DNA of 64,000 nucleotides from Octopus vulgaris (lineage: Eukaryota): the NCBI GenBank assembly GCA_951406725.2, contig OX597817.1:113088001-113152000 (forward strand), written 5' to 3'. The notes below the pieces were generated by a model, which saw only the letters and a program-made list of their open reading frames with translations, did no database searches and was not told the origin of the DNA. Below are positions 12,987-24,942 of this stretch, in pieces (the stretch's first letter is position 1; the number at the start of each line of letters is the position of its first letter). A program made the translations under genes and the position numbers.

Positions 12987-13019
<33 letters not shown>

Positions 13020-13023
<4 letters not shown>

Positions 13024-13430
13024 GGAAAGTAAGAAGAAAAATAAGTGAAAATGCACATTGGAAATCAAAAAAAGTAAAGGCTTTTTATGAAAAGTAACAA
13101 TACATATTTACAATTAGATGAACTGAGGTAGGAATAAAAGTAATAAAAGTCATTATTGTGAATTGTTAGAGAGATTCTAAAGCATACCGGTTTCTACTGA
13201 TCACTGCTTTGGATGTGCACCGATTACTGAATGGTGTTGGATCTACTAGTCCCTGAGTAAAAAGATTATATGTAAGGGAGGTAAGTAGTTCTGGATTTAG
13301 TGCAATTAGGGTAGATATAATTCTGTAATGTGAATGGTGTATGGGATGTATGGGTGGTATTAATTGAAAGGTTAGTAATGTTTTGTATTAAGTTATGTGT
13401 TCATATTGAGTTGTGGTAGATATTTATTGA
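13020..13430 (-). mobile_element. PLE-type terminal (pLTR) remnant with a decayed hammerhead at 13179-13210
   Basis: Minus strand aaagca-gtgatcagta-GAAA-CCGG-TA-tgcttt, with a 6-bp stem I and the GAAACCGGTA signature. A related sequence occurs at about 40560-40790. Confidence 0.5.
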
Positions 13431-13885
13431 TGAAAGCATGGACAAACTCCTCGATTTCAAAATAATGCTTAGCAATATTAATAGCAACATACAATTCACC
13501 ATGGAGCACAGCAGTAAACAACTCCCTTTTCTTGACATCCTAATCAAAATAGTCAATAACCACATCGAAACAGACATCTTCTATAAACCCACAGATTGTA
13601 AACAATACCTATTATTCTACTCATGCCACCCCAAACAAATAAAAAATAATGTACCTTATAATCTAGCGAAAAGAATCTGTACCATAGTTTTGGACACCTA
13701 TACTCGTGAACGAAGACTCCTTGAACTCAGATCAATACTAATCAAAAGACATTATCCAATATTATTAATAAATGATGGCATTAAACAAGCTAAGGAAATA
13801 GATAGATGAACATTAAGGGAAGTCAGCCGAAATACTACACCAGACTTAAAGATACTCCTATACGTCTCCACACATAACCCTACAA
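13430..13885 (+). pseudogene. Penelope-like element reverse transcriptase, C-terminal/thumb fragment
   Basis: ORF 13438-13809: IQFTMEHSSKQLPFLDILI...TDIFYKPTD.KQYL.FYSCHP...KNNVPYNLAKRICTIV, the characteristic PLE RT motifs. Confidence 0.9.
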
Positions 13886-13984
13886 ACATACACACATACA
13901 CAACACACACATATACACACACAAAAGAAAGAATGTACATACACTCACACATACACATACAGAGAATACACACATACACATAAC

Positions 13985-14755
13985 CTAAGAGTGTAATAAG
14001 AGCTAATAAGAAAAGGCAAAGATGTAATCAGCAAGATTATTTAAGGTTAATGAAAAGAAATTTGGACATATGCTTACAAGACAAAACTCTTTCATCTCTT
14101 GAATTTAAGACAGAACCGTTCATTTTCATAATTATATAAGACTCTTTAAGGCATAAAAAGCACGTTCTATTTCTAATCCTATAAGAGGGAGAAGAAGAAA
14201 CAATATTTCAAGAAATTGAGAAATTTATGTTGTCTCTTTTAAGTTGCCATACCTTTTTGGATAAACTAGTATTACTTTCTTTCCAAGGATCATTAACAGA
14301 TGATTTATGATTAATCAAATGTATTTTTAAGAGTGGTCAGCATGCAACCTATATAATGAAACCTAGAGAGATCATGTGATGTGATGGTAGCTTTATATAC
14401 ATTTTTCATTTTACAATTACCTTTAACCTCACAGTTAGGATTTCTACAGTTACAGTTGTTACTAATATTAGACGTACTATTGTTATGTGTATGTGTGTTG
14501 ATAGAGAAAGAGTTTGTATGAGTATAGGAATCATTGGTAGAATATACAGAGCTATTTGAATAATTAGGGTTAGTATAAGTATTAGAGGGGATTAAATTCT
14601 TGTGATAAAGATTTAGTTTTCTATTGTTAAAGTAAGAAATAACTGTAAATAAGTTAAGAAAAACAGAAAAGCCAAATCTAATCATTTTGTTATTGAATAT
14701 CCCAGCATACCTAGATTTACTAAAATTTGATTTAATAATAGAATGAATAGACTTT
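13985..14755 (-). pseudogene. PLE (Neptune-like) Cys-rich linker and GIY-YIG endonuclease remnant
   Basis: ORF 14311-14856 contains CNCRNPNCEVKGNCKMKNVYKATI...HYIGC. Downstream frames give NTSLSKKVWQLKR, CFLCLKE and SCKH. Confidence 0.85.
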
Positions 14756-14811
14756 ATATGTGTGTGTGTGTGTGTGTATATACACACACACACATATATA
14801 TACACACGTAC

Positions 14812-14848
<37 letters not shown>

Positions 14849-15199
14849 ACACACACACATGCTCAAATACATCTATATATATACATGTTCATATTTGTGC
14901 ACACATGCATAAGTATGCATTATGATTTTTTTTTAAATAATTAATTAATATAATTAAAGACTTTTTTCTTCTCCCTTTTTATATATAAAAAGGCCAAGAA
15001 ATCTAACTTTAAACCACTTTTTGACAAATCCATCATCATCATCGTTTAATGTCCGTTTTCCATGCTAGCAAAAAATGCGCTAAAAGTGTAAATAAAATGT
15101 GAATAAAAATATATATAATCATCCAACATTCTGACTACCCTGTTATTCTAAACATACAATATCTGTACATTGCTTCAAAAACTCTCTCTCTCTCACTCT

Positions 15200-15203
<4 letters not shown>

Positions 15204-15298
<95 letters not shown>

Positions 15299-15345
15299 TA
15301 AATAGATAGATAGATAGATAGACAGACAGATTGATCCATCCATCC
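15204..15345. repeat. (TA)n/(GATA)n microsatellite
   Basis: Seen directly. Confidence 0.97.
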
Positions 15346-15764
15346 ATTATAAAAATTTCTTTTGTAGTTAATTGGACCATAGGTCTGTCATGAGCCCTAG
15401 AACATATATGGTGGAGTTTAACCTATTGTCCATAGCATATAAATGACTGGGATTGCAACATTTTCCCCCTGAACAGAATGTCAGTCTGTCACAAAATTAA
15501 TTTCCCAGCTATTGCTGAAAATCATTTACAGCTGAGTGCACTGGAGCTAAGTGAAATGAAGTGTCTTGCTGAAGAACACAATGTTTCATCGAGCCCAGTA
15601 ATCAAAACCACAATCTTAAAATTGTGAGTGCAACAACCTAACAACTAGATCACATGGCTTCATAACTGGACTCTACCACTCTGTTTAAGTCTCTATGTAC
15701 CTGTGGCTTTTGTTTTGTTTTTTTTTTCCTCAAAATTTTTATTGATATGCAAGGATCTTTCATC

Positions 15765-16449
<685 letters not shown>

Positions 16450-16475
<26 letters not shown>

Positions 16476-18050
16476 CATGTCTTTATTTTTTCAACTTACT
16501 GATCTTTTTACGCTGCACTACCTGGTTGTATCTTTGTATTCCTGAAATGTGTGCAGTTCTATCATGTCACCTTAGGTCTGATATAGGTTCTGTTCTGTAC
16601 TGTTCTCTGTTGTCTGTCTATAGGTATAACTGAATATTAATCAATTTGCTTCTTAGAGTAGCTTTATTTGTTTAATCCTACAAACATTTCTATAACACTT
16701 CTGAATCCATATAGTTTATTGACTGAGTATTGTCTCTTTGCATACAGTTTAAAACCCTCCATATAAATGAGCAGGTTTATAATTTATCCATAGTGGTGAT
16801 ATTAATATTTAACTGAATCAAGTGCAGACTTGATTCAGGAGACCTATAACCAAAGATGTTCCAGCCAGAGTATTTAGGAATACATTATTTTATCTGTAAA
16901 GTGATAGAATGGGATTTGAGAGAGATTTACATGCAATTTCTAGCAAGTTGAGTAGCCATACTGAGGGTCCATTTTTGGCATGCTGTCATGCGTAGCATTT
17001 GTAGTTGTTAGTAGATTAGTTCAACCAATTTGTTTGAGATAAAGACAAACAAGAGAGTGGCGGGAACAGTCTGAAAAATTCCTCATACAGGCAAAAATTC
17101 CCCCTATGGAGAAATTTTGGTTTTATATCTTACAGTATCTAGAAATGTGTTATACTACTGAAGGTTTTTCAGTAATCAATCCATGCCATGCTTCAATTTT
17201 CTCTCCCCCAGCTATTTTCAGTATCTGCTCTGATTTACCAGTACTGGTTCTTTACATTCATACATCTCCTTTCAACACCCTGCCTTTCTGATAAGTTATT
17301 ATTATATATTATAAGCAGACATCCTGTTAGAGAGTATAGATGTCAGGACTTTATATATTATGGATATATAAGTTGTTGATCTGTAGTTTTAGGGGTTTCT
17401 GATATTTTTGTATTGGGGAAATTGGTATTTTTTTCCTTTTAATAACCTTTCTGGTGTTGGCTCTCATCTCTTTAGTAATTCACTGAATGCTATTGTTATA
17501 GTTTGTTGTCTACTTATTAAGTACATTAACCACAAATTGAGTACTTTATCAGTAATGACAACCTTCTTGTTGCTAGCAGTCTTGATTGTATTAGTAAATT
17601 CCCCACTAGTTATGCTAGACCATACTTATAATGTTATAGTCTATTTTTTTCTTTTCTCCTGCTTTTTTTTTTTATCCATTGTACTTCTTTAACATGTTTT
17701 GTATTCTGGTCCATTCACTCTCCCAATATAATTGGTTTTCTATTGTTGTTACTGTATCTTTCTCTGTGATATTTTTACTTCTTTTTCCTTCACTTGTTTT
17801 CTTTTTTTTTTTTGTTAATGTCTCAGTAGAATTCTAATTCTAATAGAAGAAGCACTCACATTTTTTTTTTCTGAGCACATCTTATCCTACATGTCATTGC
17901 CTGGATCGATTGTTTAGTTATGCTTTCACTTCTTGCATCTTGTTGCCTGGATTACTTGTTTTAGTTAAGCTTTCTTTTCCCTTTCCTAAACTCTTTCAAT
18001 ACCAACACACATGACACTGTACCTAAGTTCTCTGATACAAAATCTCTTGC
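16450..18050 (-). pseudogene. Possible highly decayed PLE reverse transcriptase
   Basis: Scattered minus-strand peptides resemble FLD..YK and PKI.KP. Heavily disrupted. Confidence 0.3.
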
Positions 18051-18154
18051 TGTAAGGGAGTTCGTATTAAAATTAATACTAATATTCATAATTTCATGGA
18101 AGAAACATTTATGTTCCAAGTATCAATTTAATGATGTACCATTTTTAAATGTTT

Positions 18155-18399
18155 TTACTTGTTTCAGTCCTTAGACTGCGGCCTAGCTGGAGCATTGTCA
18201 GGAAGAGTTCTTCGTCAAATGAATTAACCCAGTGCATTTTTTTTTAAGCTTGGCACTTATTCAATCGACCTCTTTTACTGAACTACTAAGTTTCAGGAAT
18301 GTAAACACACCAACATCAGTTGTCAAGTGGTGATGGGGAAGAAAAACAGATACAAAGACACAGATGTGTGTGTATATATATGTATATATATATATATAT

Positions 18400-18470
<71 letters not shown>

Positions 18471-18620
18471 TGATGGACTTCTTTCAGTTTCTGTCTACCA
18501 AATCCACTCACAAGGCTTTGGTCAGTCAATGGCTATAGTAGAAGACACTTGCCCAAAGTGCCATGTAGTGGGATTGAACCCAGAACCATGCAGTTGGGAA
18601 GCAAACTTCTTACCACACAG
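18155..18620 (-). mobile_element. tRNA-SINE, near full length, with (TA)/(GATA)n in the internal microsatellite
   Basis: Colinear with 62755-63157. Confidence 0.85.
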
Positions 18621-19168
18621 TTATTTTATTAAATTTCTCTACATCATGGATTAATTTCAAAATTAATTGATCATATGTCATTAGAAATATGATCACAAAA
18701 GGGTTAACATTGTATTTTCTTATATTTTTCTATATTTTATCTTTTTATTTTGATGATTCACTTTATTGGGATTGATCCTGCAGTCACTGAGTAAATTAGC
18801 TTATTTAGCAGAGTAATATTCTAGTTTACTACAGTAGAAAATATTTCTTAGAGAACCTGTTTGTATTTGGCCTTTATTTCCTGAAAATGTTTGTTTATTC
18901 ATAGCTTCTTCAGTCCATATTGATTAATTTTATTATGGTCTGCTCTCTTATTTTATTTATGGTTTCTGTTAGATTTTTCTCATTGTTCATTCTGATCATT
19001 CTGTAGTCTTGTATGCTAATATTCTGTTTGCTGTTGTTGTTTAGCCCCAAGTCAACCTTGATCAAGCAGATCTGTGGTTGAAGACATTCCACTTATAACA
19101 TCTTCTTTCTTTTCCCTTTTTTTACCTTTTTGTGTGTGTGTGTCTTTGGACATAATACAGTGGATATA

Positions 19169-19640
19169 GGTGCAGGCATGGCTTTGTGATAAGAAATTAG
19201 CTTGCCAACTACATGGTCTTAGGTTCTAGTCTCAAGTTCAGTCCCACTGTGTGGCACCTCGTGCAAGTGTCTTCTACTACACTTTGAGCTGACCAAAGAT
19301 ATGTGATCAGATTTAGTTGACAGAAACTGAAAGAAGCCCATCATACATATGTATATGTACAAGTATGTGTATGCATGTGTATGTGTGTCTGTTAATATTT
19401 TTTGCCATAATTTCATGTGATAGTTGTAAATAAATGTCACCATCTTACAAGGGGCATCCTTTGTTTCCACTCTTCCATGCAAAACATGTCAGGCCATGGA
19501 GAAATATTACCTTCCTTGGAAACAGGTGAGGGTTGGTAACAGGAAGGGCATCTGGCTGCAGAAAACCTGCCTCAGCAAATTCCTTCTGATTCTTGCAAGC
19601 ATGGAAAAGTAGACATTAAACAATGATGGTGATTATGATC
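19169..19640 (+). mobile_element. tRNA-SINE with the same head as 62755-63157 but an RTE-derived tail
   Basis: The head and core match. The 3' part ends GGTTGGTAACAGGAAGGGCATCTGGCTGCAGAAAACC...GCATGGAAAAGTAGACATTAAACAATGATG. Confidence 0.8.
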
Positions 19641-19671
19641 ATTATGTGTAGTGTGGACTATACAGGATAAC

Positions 19672-19707
<36 letters not shown>

Positions 19708-19712
<5 letters not shown>

Positions 19713-20003
19713 CACGTAATATCACGTGACTGACAGACCATCAGATGTTGTTACACATCGCTGGTCACAATGCGTTCGCATTGTTTTAGCCTTCAAATGA
19801 CGCCACCCCGCTGGCTAAGCGAGCAGGCCAACAGAAGAAAGAGTGGGAGAAAGTGTGGTGAAAGAGTACAGCAGGGATCACCAGCCTCGTGGAGCTTTTT
19901 AGGTGTTTTCACTCAATAAACACTCATAATGCCCGGTCTGGGAATCGAAACCGCGATCCTACGACCGCGAGTTCGCTGCCCTAACCACTGGGCCATTGCG
20001 CCT

Positions 20004-20005
<2 letters not shown>
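19708..20005 (-). mobile_element. Young tRNA-derived SINE (second family)
   Basis: Minus strand GGAGGCGCAATGGCCCAGTGGTTAGGG (A box)...GGTTTCGATTCCC (B box). A very similar copy lies at 40152-40447. Confidence 0.9.
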
Positions 20006-20065
<60 letters not shown>

Positions 20066-20552
20066 TGCAGCCTCCACTGGCTTCTGTGCCGGTGGCACAT
20101 AAAAAGCACCATCCGAACGTGACCGATGCCAACCCCGCCTCGAATGGCTTCTGTGCCAGTGGCACATAAAAAGCAACATCCGAACGTGGCCGATGCCAGC
20201 ACCGCCCCGACTGGCTTCTGTGCCAGTGGCACATAAAAAGCACCATCCGAACATGACCGATGCCAGCACCACCTTGACTGGCTTCTGTGCCGGTAGCACA
20301 AAAAAAAAAAAAAAAAAAAGCACCAACTGATCGTGGCCGATGCCAGACCCCTCTGGCACCTATGCAGGTGGCACGTAAAAAGCACCCACTACACTCGCGG
20401 AGTGGTTGGCGTTAGGAAGGGCATCCAGCTGTAGAAACACTGCCAGATCAGACTGGAGCCTGGGGCGGCCCCTGGCTCCCCAGACCCCGGTTGAACCATC
20501 CAACCCGTGCTAGCGCGGAAAACGGACGTTAAACAATGATGATGATGATGAT
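20066..20552 (+). mobile_element. RTE 3' tail with about five ~60-bp tandem units
   Basis: Repeated CTGGCTTCTGTGCC(A/G)GTGGCACATAAAAAGCACCATCCGAACGTG, then the conserved RTE terminus and (GAT)n. Confidence 0.85.
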
Positions 20553-20830
20553 ATATATATAGTAATAATCATAATAATCCTTGGATGGAATTTATAAATA
20601 TTTTAATGCATTGCTACACATGTTTCCCCAAATCACATGTTTCTTAAGATTATAGTCCATATTCTTGGGATGATTAGAGTACAGTGTGTAGTATGAATGG
20701 ACATCAGGTAGATTATGTTGCAACCCCAGAAAACTGGTATTGCCAGTTGGCATCATTAGCCTGTAGCCAGAATAATAGAATAGGAACTTTTACATGCATA
20801 TTCAAAATGTTTCCCATAAACGAACTTAAA

Positions 20831-20864
<34 letters not shown>

Positions 20865-21209
20865 AGAATTCACGAAAAAACACAAAAGATGAAGACAAGT
20901 GGTGTAGAAAACAAACAAATCTATTAGTATAACGCTCGGGAATTATATATATATATAATGTATGTATTTGCTGCAGTCAAAACTATGTTATGTTTAAGGA
21001 AGCAGGTGAGCAGTTTGTTTACCACACAGGGCACACAGGTATGGGTTTTGGCTGTAAAAACCCATACAAAGCCACTGTATAACTGCATCGTTCAATATGC
21101 CCTTGTTAAAAACAGTCGAATGTGATTTATCAGAATTTGGTTGATATTTCTAGCAGTTTTAGATACTGAATAGGGGGCTCCTTTATTGGCTCTGTTTGTT
21201 GTAATCTTA

Positions 21210-21602
21210 TATTTGTTTCAGTCATTAGACAGCAGCCATACTGGGACCTTTTTGTTGAATGAATTGACCCCAGTACCTAGTATTTTTTGTCAAGCCTGGT
21301 AGTTATTTTATCAGTTTCTTTTGTCAACCCACTAGGTTATAGGGACGTAAACAAACCAACACTGGTTGTCAAGCAGTGATGGTGGACAGTCACAAACATG
21401 AAAACACATGTGCACACATGCACTCACACACATATATACAATGGGCTTCTTTCAGTTTCCACCTGCCAAATTGCCTCACAAAGATTATAGTAAATAATAG
21501 CCCAAGGTTATAGTAAAAAGCACTTGCTTAATGTGCCACACAGTGGGACTGAACCCGGAACCATGTGGTTGGGATGCAAGCTTCTTACAGCCATACCTGC
21601 TC
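21210..21602 (-). mobile_element. tRNA-SINE copy
   Basis: Colinear with 62755-63157. Confidence 0.8.
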
Positions 21603-22249
21603 CTATGTGTAGAACCAGAAGTATATTTTGCAGCTAGACATTTGAACAGTTCTTTCCAAGGTATCTTATGTTGCCATCATTCTCAGTTCTAGTTTTACAT
21701 TTTTCTTTCTTTGTTTATCTTTTTCTGTTTTCTTCTGATGGCATGTTCTTTTGTGTATGGTCTATCTATTGCATTTTTTATTTTTTTACTTTCATTGTCT
21801 TTTGAAGACTTATCTACTATATCTGTAGTTCTTTCTGGTGTGTTATTTCCTTTGTGTTTGAAGGGCTTGTGTGTGTGTGTCCATGTGTGTGTGTGTGTGT
21901 GTGTGTACATCTGTGTGTGTGTGTGTGCATGCATATGTGTACGTGTCTATGTGCTTTGTATATGAATAGTTTATTTTGTTTTATTTCCAGTGGAAATTCT
22001 TTGTGTAAGTCCTATTTCTGTTTCTAAGATCTTTTTATTGTCTATTATAAATCTGTGTACATTCGTTTGCTAACATGTTTAGTTGTTTATTATTAGGATG
22101 TCTGGTGAAGTAAATTGGGTTTACTACAATCATCTTTCTTTCTTTCTTTCTTTCTTCCTCTTCCTCTTCTTACCTTTGTCTTCATCGTCATCGTTGTTTT
22201 CTGCTTCATCATCCTATTACAACTACTACTACTACTACTACTACTAAGA

Positions 22250-22450
22250 CAGTGAACTGGTAGAATCATTAGCACACCAGGCAAAATGCTTAGCAGTATT
22301 TCGTTCATTGCTACATTCTGAGTTCAAATTCCGTCAAGTTTTGCCTTTCATCTTTTCAGGGTCAATAAATTAATGGTGAAGCACTGGGTTCAATGTAATC
22401 GACTAGTCCCCTCCCTAAAAATTTCAGGCCTTGTGCCTTTAGTAGAAAGG

Positions 22451-22452
<2 letters not shown>
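22250..22452 (+). mobile_element. tRNA-SINE with a Nin-like core domain
   Basis: GAACTGGTAGAATCATTAGCAC...GAGTTCAAATTCC...GCCTTTCATCTTTTCAGGGTCAATAAAT. Related copies lie near 2975, 4300, 7120, 8100, 38695, 55330 and 55590. Confidence 0.7.
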
Positions 22453-22482
<30 letters not shown>

Positions 22483-23169
22483 CATCACTGCTACTAAAGA
22501 TAAGAAGGACTGCTCTGGCTGTAATATAGACAGGGATACATATACACATACATAAGCACAACTGTTTGAATGTTTTCTGCTATTGTCTCAGGCTGACCAA
22601 AAACTTGTGAGTTTATTTGGTAGATGAAAACTTTAAGAAGCCCATCATATATATGTGATATATATCCATGTGATAGTCATGAATGAGCATCACCATTATA
22701 CAAGTGATGTTGCTTATTTTCAATCTTCCATGAGAAACATGAATGATGATGGGAAGATACTACCTTGCTTATAATTATGTGAAGGTTGGCAGCAGGAAAG
22801 GCATTCAGCCATAGAAAGTCTGCCTTAACAAATTCCACTAGACCCATGCAACCATGGAAAAGTGGATGTCAAGTGATGATTATGGTGATATATAAATACA
22901 CACACACACACACACACACACACTGTGTGTGTGTGAGAGAGTGGGGAGAGGGGAAAGAGAAGACTGTTGTAGTTTACTTAAAGCTTTCAGAATATTTTGA
23001 AATTCAGTGTATGCAGTAGTAATGTGGTTTGACTATTAAGTATGAATAATGTCAATAACAAAGATATTGAAATGCTACTTTTGAAATGTTTACTTAGTCT
23101 TGATGTTTCGGGTAAAATGTTAGAACAGGAGAGAAATACAACTGTTAAGTTTTTCCCTTTCATAGGCCT

Positions 23170-23601
23170 TGTAACAGGATGAGAGGTCCCCGCACTGGAT
23201 GAGTGCAGCTCGCATCCTTTACATTAAAATATTAATCGAAGGAAAGAGTCAAGACTTCCGATTAACTTCAACAGCATAAATGTTTATTTCTTGATTCGCA
23301 ATATATACATTTCTTCTTTCTGGGTGAATCGGCAGCCTAGGAGCTTATCACAGTAGTCAAGTGGAGTGAGCCAAATCCTGTCCGTTCAAGCATAGCGGAG
23401 ATATGCCACGAGGTAGCAGCTTGAGAGAGCTGATAAAACACAACTGTCCAGTTCAGCTGCCAGCGTTCGAGAGAACGATACGAGGGAATTTTGCTGCTGC
23501 TAGTTTTCTGCGCATGCGCATGAGGGAACTTCCGGCAGGCCTCCCGGAAGAATCCAACTCTGTGCATGCGTGCTGGAGATTTCAAAGATGGCGTCACTAC
23601 A
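23170..23601 (-). mobile_element. Solo LTR (432 bp, TG...CA) with 4-bp TSD GCCT, probably Gypsy-like
   Basis: GCCT|TGTAAC...ACTACA|GCCT. CpG-rich relative to flanks. An AATAAA on the minus strand (tttatt at about 23283) suggests the orientation. Confidence 0.85.
23509..23593. promoter_or_regulatory. NRF1, paired ETS and YY1-like motif cluster inside the solo LTR
   Basis: TGCGCATGCGCA (23509-23520), ACTTCCGG (23528-23535), CCGGAAG (23544-23550) and AAAGATGGCG (23584-23593). Confidence 0.55.
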
Positions 23602-24889
23602 GCCTTTTCTTTACATGGTTCTGATACTTGGCATGGATGCCTTTGCAATGTGTGTCTCATCTGAGATTAAGTGGTAACATTTTTTTTATTGTGTGGCACT
23701 CTTTGCATATTTTTTCCAGGTACAGTGTATCAAGGTTTATATTGTCCAATATGTGCTTCCAGTTTTTTTTTTCAAAATACTAGGATGTAATTTAAAGGAG
23801 ATTTAGTTGAAATTTCTATTGAGACTCATTATTATAGTTGATGTTTGTTGTCATTGAACACTGTTGCATACCTAGAGATTCCTTATTTGGTGAGTCTTAA
23901 TTCAATCCAAATTCATTATATATTTATGTAGCTGCAGTTAAATTTTATATGCTGAAACTAAAGTTTATTGCTGTTGTTGTTTTTATTTTTGTAATGTGTT
24001 AGGGAGTGGAGGGAGCTGATCTGCTGAATAGGAAGATGACTTTGTGTATTGAGATACTTCAGCTCCTAAAAACAAATTTGAGACTAATTTATCTGCGGTA
24101 TATTTCTTATATTATTTCCATGTATATTTTATTATTAATACACAATTTTGCACTAAGAAAAGAAAAGAAGCAAAAAACAAACAAAAAAAATGGAAAACCT
24201 ATTCCATCTTTTGATATCAGATTATAGTTCCCAGGTTTATGTTTCTGATGCTTAAGCCAAAATTTATTTTGAAGTATAGAGGAAACCCAATCAAAAATGG
24301 ATTATGTTGACTGGTTGATGATTTATAAGGATTATAATCCATGCATTTGTTTAAGTTGCCTCTTTATATGTGATCTTATTTACATGGTGAAAAGTTATTA
24401 TAAGGCTTCCTGTGAAAAATTATGTATTTAATATGGTGAAATTTTGTGAATATTATTTTGTGTATGTTTCTATCCATATAAATCCAAATCTTAGCTTCTT
24501 GCAAATTTTCTGAAATGAAACATGCATGCACATATACATACATACATACATACATATATACATACATACATACATACATATATACATACATACATACGTA
24601 CGTACATACATACATACATACATGCATATCATCGTCATCGTATCAACATTTAATATCTGTTTTCTACGCTGGCATGTGTTGGATGCTTCAACAGGAGCTG
24701 GTGAGTCAGAGGCCAGTACCAAGCCACATTGTCCACTTTGGCATGGTTTCTACTGCTTGATGTTTTTCTAATGCCAACCACTCTTTACAGAATGTAGTGG
24801 ATGCTTTTTACATGGCACCAGCATTAGTGAGGTCACTAAGTAACTTGCAAGGCAAGCCCACAATTGAGGGTGTGACATACAGACACCCC

Positions 24890-24942
<53 letters not shown>

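Larger units (their letters stand above)
11831..12993. mobile_element. ORF-less, hammerhead-containing partial-tandem plus inverted element in a (TA)n tract (PLE pseudo-LTR or retrozyme-like)
   Basis: 11831-11884 is repeated directly at 12402-12455 (period 571). 12455-12993 is a near-perfect reverse complement of 12293-12401 joined to 11831-12262. (TA)n lies on both flanks. Confidence 0.85.

Noticed and set aside
20066-20390. CRISPR-like look of conserved hairpin units with variable intervening sequence
   Set aside because: The intervening segments are homologous to each other, the array is part of an RTE 3' UTR, the context is eukaryotic and there are no cas genes.
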